Assembly (NCBI RefSeq): GCF_001194135.2
Contig: NC_068985.1
Coordinates: 107,092,840-107,156,839, forward strand
Reading direction: 5' to 3'
Origin: Octopus bimaculoides
Lineage: Eukaryota
Length of the DNA stretch: 64,000 nucleotides
Shown here: piece after piece, positions 1-52,470 of the stretch
Position numbering within the stretch: the first letter of the stretch is position 1
How the letters are laid out: every line of letters starts with the position of its first letter
The notes under the pieces: model-generated
The model's database searches: none
The model's input: only the letters and a program-made list of their open reading frames with translations
What the model was told of the DNA's origin: nothing
Program-made: the position numbers and the translations under genes

Positions 1-500
1 ATATATATATATCATCATCATCATCATCGTCGTTTAACGTCCGCTTTCCATGCTAGCATGGGTTGGACGATTTGACCGAGGACTGGTGAAACCAGATGGC
101 TACACCAGGCTCCAATCTGATTTGGCAGAGTTTCTACGGCTGGATGCCCTTCCTAACACCAACCACTGAGAGCACCGCAGTCAATTTCTGTTAGAGGCCC
201 ATGGAACTAAGTCGCAAGGAGCCTAATCAAACCATTTTAGGTAATACATATATATACATGCATACATACAACATTTAAATATATATTCTACAGAAAATAA
301 ATGAATTCACAAATGCAGGAAGGGTGTGACGACAGCTTAGAAAATTGGGTAAGTACCCTATACCCAAATTTCTAAGCCCTCTCCACAACTTGCCTGTGTT
401 TGTGAATTACTTTATTTTTCTGTAGAATATCAGCACATGCTTATAAGTTTGTTTACAAAATGTGTGTGTATACATATACATATATATATATATATATATA

Positions 501-656
501 GGCACAGCGTGGCTGTGTGGTAAGAAGCTTGCTTCCTAACCACATAGTTCCAGGTTCAGTGCCACTGTGTAGCACCTTGCACAAGTGTCTTCTACTAGAG
601 CCTTGGGCCAACCAAAGCCTTGTGAGTAGACGGAAACTGAAAGAAGCCTGTTGTAT

Positions 657-692
<36 letters not shown>

Positions 693-1295
693 ATGTGTGT
701 TTGTCCTCACCACCATCACTTGACAACCGATGTTAGTGTTTACATCCCCATAACTTAGCAGTTCAGCAAAAGAGGCCGATAGAATAAGTACTAGGCTTAC
801 AAAGAATAAGGCCTGAGGTCGATTTGTTCGACTAAAGGCGGTGCTCCAGCATGGCTGCAGTCAAATGACTGAAACAAATAAAAGAATAAAAGAATATAGG
901 TGCAGGGGTGGCTGTGTGGTAAGTAGCTTGCTTACCAACTACATAGTTCCGGGTTCAGTCCCTCTGCGTGGCATCTTGGGCAAGTGTCTTCTACTATAGC
1001 CTTGGGCCGACCAAAGCCTTTTGAGTGGATTCGGTAGACGGAAACCGAAAGAAGCCCGTCGTATATATGTATATATATGTGTGTATGTATGTTTGTGTGT
1101 CTGTGTTGGTCCCCCTAGCATTGCTTGACAACCGATGCTGGTGTGTTTATGTCCTCGTCACTTAGCGGTTTGGCAAAAGAGGCCGATAGAATAAGTACTA
1201 GGCTTACAAAGAATAAGTCTTGGGGTCAATTTTCTTGACTAAAGGCGGTGCTCCAGCATGGCCGCAGTCAAATGACTGAAACAAATAAAAGAATA
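501..1295 (+). mobile_element. Two head-to-tail copies of SINE family B (501-896, 899-1295)
   Basis: tRNA-like head GGCTGTGTGGTAAG...GGTTCAGT, central (TG)n/(TA)n, tail GAAACAAATAAAAGAATA. Further copies or fragments at ~5960, 10770, 12990, 14050, 15230, 15990, 19690, 26300, 48730, 56050 and 60060. Confidence 0.85.
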
Positions 1296-1539
1296 TATAT
1301 ACACACACACACACAAACAAACACACATACACAAACATAGACACAAACATACAGACACACTTAAACACTTGTATATACCATCATCATCATCATCATTTCT
1401 GATGTTCAGTCTTCCTTGTTTGCATGGGTCAGATAGAAATTGTTGAGGAAACATCAAAAGTGAACATCAGATGACGATGATGTCTCATCTGTCATGCAAT
1501 TGTTACACTATAACAAGGAAGCATAAGGCAACTACTTAC

Positions 1540-41717
<40,178 letters not shown>

Positions 41718-41902
41718 CTTTCAACTATTTACACAGAAGCAGGCGCAATTCTGTTCAAGTCGATAAAGGTGATTAATAAGACATAACGAACCAAAGAAAT
41801 GTTGGTCGGAAAAAAACTTCACATTATTCCAACAATGTATATGGCCATGTTGGAGATATATATTTTGTTCTCCCGTTACTGGAGAGTGCATAATTCCACT
41901 TA

Positions 41903-41910
41903 ACTTCCGG
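41903..41910 (-). promoter_or_regulatory. ETS/GABP-type motif CCGGAAGT in the probable STUB1 promoter
   Basis: Exact 8-mer 186 bp upstream of the ATG in a locally CpG-rich, repeat-free stretch. Motif only. Confidence 0.35.
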
Positions 41911-44900
41911 CATTCGACCGACACATGTTCATTACACTATATTCCACAACAGCAGACTTCGTTACTTAAGATAACATTATTCTACACAACATTGCAATAC
42001 ACTTCTTTCTACTATCCTACATTGCATTACACCACCCTGATGCGCGACATTAACACTACACCGCATACAACATATCTAACATGAGAATCACTTCGTGTTT
42101 ATTCAGCCTGCAAATAATAGCAGCTAAATATTCTTTGAATTACACTCTGCTTTCTTAAAGGTATATGTGCACTGGATAGTTTTGTCCAAGATTCACTATA
42201 CCTGAAAATGTCGGATGGTCATGGCCGGAATCCTTTTGATCATGAGCATGCTTGTATGAACGAAGCCTTTACATTTTCGTTCGATCTGCTAAGGATGCCT
42301 GCCAAATCTTCCGGAAATCACACCCTACAATCGTAAAATGGAAGTTTACGTTGGATTCTTTAGAGCTTTGCCTGAGAAAATGATGGAATGGTCATGACTG
42401 GAACGTCCTTCATCGTAGGTCAGCCCTGACTGAGCTAATCGTTGCTAAACAACAAGGGAACTTCTAGTTGTCTGTTTGTCTTGCTAGAAATAGCACATAA
42501 ATCCCATTATACAGTCTTTTTGAAAAAGCCGGGCAAATTAGATAATTTATCTTAGATAAACGATGCTTCAAAAAGAAAAAAAAAGACGGTGGAATCATGG
42601 ATTGGATCGTCTTTGTTGGCCGATCGACCTGCTAAAAAATAAAAATTAAATTTCAAACTATACCCTACTATCTTAAAAAGTGCTGATCAGTAGCTTAACG
42701 ACCGCAACGCTATTACATTCTACATCCCTCAAAACGTTATATTACTTGAGTTACTCAACCTGCTAGAAATAGCAGCCATGTTTCCAACATAGTTTTGGAA
42801 AAGGACGCGTTTGAAAATGTTCTGGATTCTCAGCACATAGGAAAAAAACGAGATGGTCATGGCTGGAATGCCTTCGATCATAGGTCTGCTGCTTTTGCGG
42901 CTGAATAACAATGCCTTTAATTATAAGTCAACTCAACCAAGTCAGGTTTGAGGCTAAACTACAACGTACGATTCAGTGTGTAATCGACCCATGGTGGAAG
43001 GCACAACAACTGTCCACCTTGGACTACGTTCCTCCAGAACATACAGGAACAAGCTGAAACAGTGAAAGAAACACTGTCTTAACTTGTACTTGTATGCCTA
43101 GACTATCACACTGCCCTTTGCATATGTTAAATGACTGCATGTATTAATGTGGAGTGTAATCCTCAGGTAGGCAGAGATATGACTCTATCTGAAGTGGTTC
43201 AAATCTTGATCATCCATCTACAGGAGTCAAGCCAAATAGGAAGCTTCTGCCTTGTTGCTTTATATACCAGAAATACCTGTCAAATCTTCTTGATCTGCTC
43301 AAGTAAGGCTGAGATGAAGTTAAGCAACAATGTGCTACAAACTAATAAATATGCTGTCACTTGACCTGCTAGAAATAACAGCCAAGAAAAATGGGGATCT
43401 GGTGCAGTTAACAGTTTTTGTGTGTTTTTAAATGGCTAACATGTGGCTTCTGCACTGCAATACAGATGATTAAAAGTAAAATTGTTTACTTGACCATGAG
43501 GGCAGATCTCTTGTAAAAAGTAAACCATTTGGGATCTCCTAAAACAGATTGGGTTGTTCATTTAAATTCAAATCTTCAGAAGAAAAATTATTACTTGCTA
43601 GCCAAAGAATTTGCAAGAAAAATGCATGCAAAATATTCTATTAAGTGTGCAAAACTGCATCAAAATGCCTTTCTTACAAAATTAAAGAACATTTCAAATT
43701 TAATGATCTCTTTATGTCTGTCAAAAGTAAACAATCATTGCCAAGGGATCTTTTTTATAATAGGGTTAATACATCTGTCTTTGTAAAATGTTCCCTACAA
43801 TTTAATAAGTTTTCACAAGGTGCTTAATAAATGAATGGAATCGAACCAGTGTGTGCATGTTAATTATATTGGCATAATGATTTTCCTTTTAACAAAATGT
43901 TTTATATCTAATTATGTATCAAGAGTAGTGGATTAGCAGAATCATTAGAATGTCAAATAAAACAGCATGCAGTATTTATCTGTGATCATTATATTCAGAG
44001 TTCAGTCCTACTGAAATCAACTTTGCAATTTTTATGTTTCTGGGTTCAATGAAATAAAATACCAAAAAGGTTATGATATTGATTTAACTGAGTACACCCC
44101 CTCACCAAGTTTGTGGTCTTATTCCAGCGTTAGAAAACAATAATATATTTTTTTCTATTATAGGTGCTAAGCCTGAAATTTGCAAGGAGGGTTCTAGTCC
44201 AATTACAATCCCAGTGCTTGACTGGTATTTAATGGACCTTGAGAGGATGAAAGACAAAGTCAACCTCGGCAGAATTTGACTCAGACTGTGAAGTGGAAGA
44301 ATTGCCTCAAAGCATTTTGTCCTGAATACTAATGATTTGCCACCTTAAAAATTTGAAGTTACCTATGGCAGGATTTGAACACAGAATGCAAGGGACCAGA
44401 AGTTCCTACAATGCAAAGTATTGTAGTCCAATACTTTAGCAAATCTGCCAGCTCATTACAATTTTTTGTAGACAATATCAAACACCAGCATCTACAAATT
44501 CCTGCTTTAATGAATTTGAAGTGTAAAATCGTTGGCAGAGCAAGAGTAAGAGAGATGTTATAAAACAATGTGATATTGGTTGATTACAAGTCTACTCATT
44601 CAGAGATGATTTGAAGATTAAACAACATCTGGCAGTAGAAAAAAAACTTCATATTTTGCAGAACAATATCCACAAAATATCTTACTGATGTTGAATCAAG
44701 CAATCAACTGTCTACTTCAAATAGCACATAAGGGATTCATCCACCTCTGAGGGTTCCTCAAAGTTGTTTAACCTGCTAAAAATAACAGACAAAAATACCT
44801 CAAAACACATTCTTACATTCTACTGTCTTGAAAACAGTTGGGGTGCATTGTATAACGTGATCTTAGAAACACTGAATCTAAAAAACAAATTAAGGTGAGA

Positions 44901-46129
44901 TAGTCCTAAATGGAATACATTTTGGTTATATATCTGCTTGATCAAACTAAACTGGTGCTAAACAACAACAATAATCTGTCAATTATCACTAATATTTGAA
45001 GGTTGTTCCAGTCACCGATATCACATTGTTTTATAATATCTCTCTTATTCTTGCTCTGCCAACGATTTTGCTCTTCAAATTCATTAAAGCTGAAATTTGT
45101 AGATGCTGGTGTTTGATATTGTCAACAAAAAATTGTCATGTCATATGACCTAATCAACAGTCCGACTACATGCACCCTCTATGTAATGCTCTTTCCAAAA
45201 AAATATTTTCCTCTCAATTGTCTGTAACAACTATAATAACTATTTAACAGATGCAAATGATTCCAAACTCTCTATCTTAATTAAATGCAATTCAACTGGA
45301 AACAATCTCATTCCATACAAAATACATGGAAAATACATCCTGTGAATGCTTTTTTTTTTATTATCTAAGCTCATGTTAAGCTCACTCTAAACAAAGCAGA
45401 GTTAACTCCCTTGAAAAAAAAATTCCTTTTGATACTGAAAATAAAGTGTTCTCTGGAATTTCCATTTTGCAAATATTCTTTCAACAATGTGCTTTGATTA
45501 TTGGTTCATAGATATCTTGTTTTCTTTTGTACATCTCTTCCAGCACCTCTACCACAGATTCTGATCCACTAAACAAGCTAGCTGTTCAGAGAAGCAAAAC
45601 CTAATTATATTTGATATACACAGCTCTCTCCCTCTTTCTCTCCTTCTTTCTCTCTCCCTCCTACAGTGCAAATAGTAAAGCAGGTGTACAAAGACATAGT
45701 ATCATAGTTGTGTAGTGTGAGTTATGAAACAGTGCATGACAATACAGTGATGTACTGTGAATAGTGAAATAAGTACTTGACTTTTGTACTTTGACTGACT
45801 GGTATATATCCATTTAGTTTAGTACTTGACTAGCACATATCTAATCGACCTTAGAAGGATAAAATGTAAAGTTTGAACTCAATACATTCTCTCTCTCTCT
45901 CTCTCTCTCTCTTTCCCCATTCATAATTGTCAGTGCCAACTTCACTGCTGGTGTCCCTCCCACCACCACTACCATAACTACCATATGTCTATTACTAACC
46001 CATGCCAACGTGGAAAATGGACGTTAACAGATGATAAGTTGCTTCCCAAGGTGTTACACAAAGCATAGATAGGAACATACTACTGTATTAAAATGAACAT
46101 ATAAATATATGTATGTGAGAGAGAGAGAG

Positions 46130-46170
<41 letters not shown>

Positions 46171-46850
46171 CTTAATGTACACTCAAGGAATAAATATCTC
46201 ACCAATGAACTAGGATTGCATTACTTACGTTCATGTGTATCTATCTATTATATAAATCCTGGCATGTATTCTATGTCCTACATTGTTAGATTCCCCCCAA
46301 TAGAACACTGAAAATATTCTTTAATACCTTTTTTGAAGACAGTTATTATTTCTTAGTAATATATAAAGTGATTGCTTTGCTATTTTTTCTCTGTTCCTGA
46401 CTGGTTTATACATCAAACACTCATGGTGTTAATAAGTGCTATATATTATGTTATTGTGTGGCTAAATAAATGATTGTCTTCAGGACAGCAGCAGCTGGAG
46501 AAGAGAATAGCTACCAAAATATCTAGAGATATCATATGAAGTAACTTGAAGAACAGATTCTAATATTTTCTTTATATAGTATATGTTAAGTCCATTCTTC
46601 CAATTTGTTTTATTCACATAAAACATAAAATCATAACACTGAATGCTTGTTAGTTGTGCATTTGAAGTGATTAAATTTCTCAAGTAAATTAAGTTTATAC
46701 TAAGTTCATATGCATTTATCTCGTACACTGACATGAACAGACAGACAGATAGATAGATAAAGAGACAGAAATGGTGGGAGAGAAAGTGACATGTATATAT
46801 ATACACAAATACATACGTATGTATATGAAATTATTACATTTTTTTAAAAA

Positions 46851-47609
46851 TTATTTATTTACTTCTTTTCTTCTTGGTAGTGCATAAGATTTTTCAGCTT
46901 TCGAATCTTTAATGTTACAAATAACATTGTAACATTTAGAGGTACAATTAACAAGACATTGAGGCGCACAGCTTCGGTAAAATGACCTGATGTAAACAGG
47001 ACATCCAGTGACACAGAGTGATGTGACCATGAATAAAAGGCTCAACACTGTCACTACAGAAAACATCATTATTACTGTGCTCCAAAAGTTGGTTTCCTTA
47101 GTTTTAGGCTTTGTATCATAATGTGGCATTTGCTCTCCCTTCTGTTCACTCACCCCTTCCCCAGTAACAATTTTCACAAAAATTGGCGTTGGGTTTATTA
47201 GCTTCCTGAAAGGATCGTTAATGTAATTTTTCTTAATGTCCTCTGCCTTCTTGTGGAATATCATTTGAGAGAGTTTGTCTGCTAGATCTTTCCTACCAAT
47301 TTGATGCAGTCGACGTGAGAGGTCATGGAAGGTCTTGTGCCTTCCCTTATTCTGATCATAATTGAGTAACAGGATTAAACATGGAACTGGAGGTTTAGTT
47401 TTTTTGACTTTTGTTCTATTAAAGTTCTTTGGTAATTCCCATGTGTTTATTCGTAGTGCTCTCACTAACATTGCACACTCTCTAATGCTCAGGTGGTCAG
47501 AAATGAACTGAAGTTCATGAATATTCATGTCAATAATGCCATCACCTTGTTTTATAATGTGATAAAATAGTGCCAGCCAAATTAGTGTGGATATTACTTT
47601 CAAGTTCAT
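46851..47609 (-). CDS. Single-exon type I membrane protein, TMDD1 (C12orf81)-like, with N-terminal death-domain-like region
   Basis: 252-aa uninterrupted non-repetitive ORF, the longest real ORF in the window. Signal-peptide-like aa 1-24; helical region aa ~27-130 (ELQFISDHLSIREC...CLILLL...LSRRLHQIGRKDLADKL); hydrophobic TM aa ~176-200; Cys-rich tail. The TMDD1 similarity is from memory and was not searched. Confidence 0.8.
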   Translation of the reverse strand: MNLKVISTLIWLALFYHIIKQGDGIIDMNIHELQFISDHLSIRECAMLVRALRINTWELPKNFNRTKVKKTKPPVPCLILLLNYDQNKGRHKTFHDLSRRLHQIGRKDLADKLSQMIFHKKAEDIKKNYINDPFRKLINPTPIFVKIVTGEGVSEQKGEQMPHYDTKPKTKETNFWSTVIMMFSVVTVLSLLFMVTSLCVTGCPVYIRSFYRSCAPQCLVNCTSKCYNVICNIKDSKAEKSYALPRRKEVNK

Positions 47610-49479
47610 AACTGCTGATATTGGCTCTTTCTTATTAATTGCTCTTACAATTCCAGGTAAATTCGTTCAATTTTCCTCTTGTTGCTCTCAAGTTCCTTGA
47701 CCACAACTTTTGTACTTTGTTCTTGTTCAGTTCCAGCAACTTCTACCTGGTTTCCTGATAGTTTTATTTTTATCTTTCAGCTGTTTCCTTCTAAAATTTG
47801 ACTAAAGTTTGACTTCCTTCTTTCACAGGTTAATAAAATAAATACTTGTGAAGTACTAGAGTCAATTTAACAGATTACATTCCCTTCCATTAAATAACTG
47901 TTTCTTACTTTCATCCTTGAGCTCTCAACTCCTGATCAATTATTTTATTAACCTGTGAAGGAAGGAAGGTAAATTTTATTCCAAAAGCTGGATCCAAAAC
48001 ATAAAGAGATGTAATTAAATACCACAAACCTTTTGCAACCGCATCTCCTGGGCATATTTGAAACCTGACACTGCCCATACCTCTACAAATCTAGATGCAG
48101 CTAATTTTGTTTGCAGAGGGTAAGAGTGGAAAAGTGAGGAAAAGAGCTGAACTGATACTTCATTTATTGACCCAGAAAGGATCAAAAGTATAGTTGACTT
48201 CAGTGGGATCTGAGCAGAGAGCTGGAAAGCTTCTTGTCTGAGACTCTAAAAACCCTCTCAACTCATCATCTTCTGAATTACCATTATGTCAGATAAAATA
48301 TTAAATCAGGTTATTTGAAACAGTTAAGATCCCTCATTTACAAATTTTTTTCGACCATTGGAAGTCAAATTTTTAAGACCAAGGTTTACAGTCAACTTAT
48401 ACACCGAGATGAGTTTGGAGGACCAAAAATTCAAGATTTGGAAAGATGATGCTAGATGATAAAGATCCAAAATCCATGATAATATATAAATAAGGATAAG
48501 ATCGTTTTTTAAAATACCGATCATATCATGTGGCTAGCATAGGAATAAAAGCATTATAGGTGATAATTATTATTAAAATTATAATTAAGGGTATCTAAAA
48601 GATACCATCATGCTAGAGATAGCACTCAAAACTTGACTCTAGTGGTTTTAAAGTCAAGTTTTGACTGCTATCTCTAGCATGATGGTATCTTTTAGATACC
48701 CTTAATTATAATTATATATATGTATATATACAATGGGCTTCTTTCAGTTTCCGCCTACCAAATCCACTCACAAGGCTTTGGTCGGCTCGAGGCTATAGTA
48801 GAAGACACTTGCCCAAGGTGCCACACAGTGGGAATGAACCCAGAACCATGTGGTTGGTAAGCAAGCTACTTACCACACTGCCACTCATGCACCTACACAC
48901 ATGCATAAATACAAATGCACACACACACATAAATATATGATTACATATATCCATATATATATACATACATATATATGATAGGTGATTAACGTATGTGAAC
49001 AATATATACTACAGCAACAATGTCTGGTGATGCCTGTGAGGGTGCTGGCTTGCTTCAGTAGGTTCTGTTGAAGCTTGTGGTATGTGACCAATTGAAGCAC
49101 TTGGTGTTGCATTGATGTTTTTCTCTTTCTCCCCCCCCCCCACTTTTTTGTTTTTCTTTTGTAAAATATATTCCTTTTCATGTTTTGAATAAAAAGATTA
49201 CATATGCAAAAAAAAAAAAAAAAAATTCAATTGCCAACAACAATAACATCAACAGCTTAGGCCAATGATAGAGATTCTACACGATTACTCAACCAAATAG
49301 AAACAGCAGCTAAATCTCGCTCAGATCAAATCTTACTGTTTTAAAAGATGACACATTGTAGTGTAATCTTGGTCATTCTATATCTGAAGAAAGTTAGGGT
49401 GGTGACTGTTAGAGCCTTCGTTAAAGATCTACAAGATGAGGACTAACTTGGCAAATAGTAACAACTGTTAAAGAATATT

Positions 49480-49699
49480 CTTTTCTACTCTAGACACAAG
49501 GCCCAAAATTTTGGGGGAGGGGGCTAGTCAATTAGATCGACCCCAGTATGCAACTGGTACTTAATTTATCAACCCTGAAAGGATGAAAGGCAAAGTCAAC
49601 CTCAGCGGAATTTGAACTCAGAACATAAAGGCGGATGAAATACCGCTAAGCATTTCACTTGGCGTGCTAACGTTTCTGCCAGCTCACTGCCTTAGTAAC
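49480..49699 (-). mobile_element. SINE family D copy
   Basis: Reverse complement of the 12112 element. 10-bp TSD AAAGAATATT at 49470 and 49700. Confidence 0.85.
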
Positions 49700-50059
49700 A
49701 AAGAATATTAACAGTAACAACATCTGAAAAAAAAAAAAAAAACTCCACCTATAACTACAGTACAGCAGTAAATGTTTACAACAAAAACCATTTCGCAAAA
49801 AAAAAAAAAAAATCCTCAACAATAAAGATATTATCTACCCGAATAATATCAACAATGTCCACTACCATGTCTATAAATACGACAATAAATGGAATACATG
49901 AACAATTTAGCCATCAGAAATTAAGTTTACCTGGAACAACAAAATCTGCAACATCAAAAGAAGTACAGTAGAAGCAACACACATACACAAAATTATAAAT
50001 GTATTTATATAAATAAATATTTATGCCATATTATAGATGTGTGAAAATGTAATCTGTAT

Positions 50060-50130
<71 letters not shown>

Positions 50131-51067
50131 CATACATATGTGTGTGTATATATATATATATGATATATTTACTTCGTTTTTGTATCTAGTTTCAAGATTC
50201 TTTATACGGTATAGTTTGTTTTGAAGGTTGACTTAAATAACAGTTGAAATCACTAACAACAAATGGAAGTCCAGAAATTCAAACTTTACCAGAGATTAAA
50301 TGTTGATGACATCACATATTCAACCAATCCAATCTCTTGTCTTCACCTCTTCCTTCTCCTTCCCTCATCCTCCTTCTCTCCTCACCTCTCTCTATTGTAA
50401 TTCTTTGGAAATGTTACTGATTGGATAGCTTACATTTAATAAGTACATGACCAAGTACTAAGAATTTTTTTGTTTGTTCTGTGATGGAGTGCATTGTAGT
50501 TACATGTGGACTGATAAAAGAATATATTGCTGGGTTTCGTATTCTATTTTATTTTATCATCATGTATTCATTTGTTTGTGTATCCAGAGAGTTAAATCTG
50601 GCACGAACTGAATTCAGAATACCAAAATTACAAAACAAGATGCATTGAACGATTCACTCTCTCTTTCCCCCATCTCTATGTGCAGGTGTATGTGTGCCTC
50701 TTTGTGTGTGAGCTTATGTTTTAATATTTTGTTTATGCAGAGCAATATTAATGACCTGGTGTTAGAACAATATACATAAGCTTCAGAAAAAGTATTAGTC
50801 ATTACATAATTCTTTGTTTTCTTGTTGTTTATATAATTACTTTTATATATAGGCGCAAGCATGGCTGTGTGGTAAGTCTACACCTATTATAAGTCTACAT
50901 CTCTGTCTACTGGGATTGGTTGAGAGATGTACACACTCCTGATAAGAAACCAATAAGTTTCAAAATTCGATTAAGGCTGTTCATTATTTTTCCAATTTAT
51001 GAAGAAATACTTAAATTAGCCCATTTTATACATCTACTGCACAGATGACATATATATGAATATATGT

Positions 51068-51285
51068 TACACACCCTCCATTATAGGTCTATGTACCTAT
51101 CTATTCCACACCTCCAATACAGGTGTGTTTATCTCTCTATTACAGATCCTCCATTATAGGTCTACATACCTATCTAATACACACCCTCCATTATAGGTCT
51201 ATATATCTATTACACACCTCCAGTATAGGTCTAGATATTTATCTTTTACAAATCTACAATAGAGACATAGACCTGCATCTATTGC
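51068..51285. repeat. ~37-bp minisatellite (~5.5 units)
   Basis: Unit ~TACACACCCTCCATTATAGGTCTATRTACCTATCTAT. Confidence 0.8.
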
Positions 51286-52117
51286 AGAACACCAGTATTA
51301 TTCTTATATTCTATCCATTACATACACAAGTACAGGCTGCAGCATCTACTTATGACAACGATACTGTTATTCTCTTCCATATAATAGAAGTTCATGAAGA
51401 CAAAAAGGTGTTTCATTCCGTCACCAACGAAAATGGGAAAGTGAGGGAGAAGCTGACTATTTGAAACATATTATTACATCACACAGTGAACAACAACTGC
51501 TGATAATGTAGTCCAAGGATTGTTAGGTAAACCAATAAGACAGATCATCGGCAACATCGACAGATGACCGATGACTGACAACAATAATAATAATGTCCAC
51601 TTTCCATGCTGGCATAAGATGGGTAGTTTGACAAAATCTGATGAGTCACAATGTCATGTGAAGCTCCAATGACAACTTCGGCATGGTTTCTACAGCTGGA
51701 TGCCCTTCTTAATGCCAACCACTTTACAGAGTGTACTGGTTGCTTTTTTCATAGCATTGACAGTTGTGAGGCTGTCAGCTAATTTGCATGTTAGAAAAAG
51801 AACAAGAAGAAAAAAAGGGAAACGCTCCCACTATTAAATGGAGTATTCTCGGGAGGGGAAGGTGGCTTTATGCCAGATGCTGAAAGGCTAAAGATAGAGG
51901 GACAAGCACAGGTGTTTTGCTATAGAGAAGATACATGGCAAACCCCTATTATATATAGAGGTGGGAGGGAGTAGTAGAGAAGGAGATAAATGAAGATAGT
52001 GACGGAATGCCAGAGCAAACACTCAAGTTACAAGAATGAAGGGTTTAGTACAGAAAACTGGACTGAGGTAGCTGAGATATGTGAGTTTATCATCACAAGA
52101 TAATGATCACAAGTGCA

Positions 52118-52470
52118 GGCATACCTGTGTGGTAAGAAGTTTGCTCTTCATCCATTTACCTTGGGAGGGTTCAGTCCTGCTGTGTGACACCTTCAGCAAA
52201 TATCTTCAACCATAGCTCCAAGCGAAGCAAAGCCTTGTGAGTAGATTTGGTAGACAGAAAGTCTATGTGATATGTATATAATTGTGTGTGATGTGTTTGT
52301 CCTCCATCACCACTTGACAACCAGTGTTGGTTTGTTTACATCCCTGTATTTTAGTGGTCCAGCAAAAGAGACCAACAAAATAAGTGTCAAGCTTAAAAAT
52401 GAAATAAGTATTGGGGTTGATTTGTTCAACTAAATTCTTTCAAGGCAGTGTCCCATCATGGCCACAGTCT
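52118..52470 (+). mobile_element. SINE family B, diverged full-length copy
   Basis: Colinear with the 501-896 copy; its 3' end abuts an RTE-tail insertion. Boundaries approximate. Confidence 0.75.

Noticed and set aside
1-1539. STUB1 exons 5-7 (DIPDYLCGKISF / U-box)
   Set aside because: No matching minus-strand coding sequence was found; the segment is SINEs and a palindrome, so these exons must lie before position 1.
46839-46859. TMDD1-like gene as a recent retrocopy (AATAAA overlapping the last codons plus an A7 run)
   Set aside because: The A-run is short, there is no TSD, and such motifs are expected by chance in AT-rich DNA.
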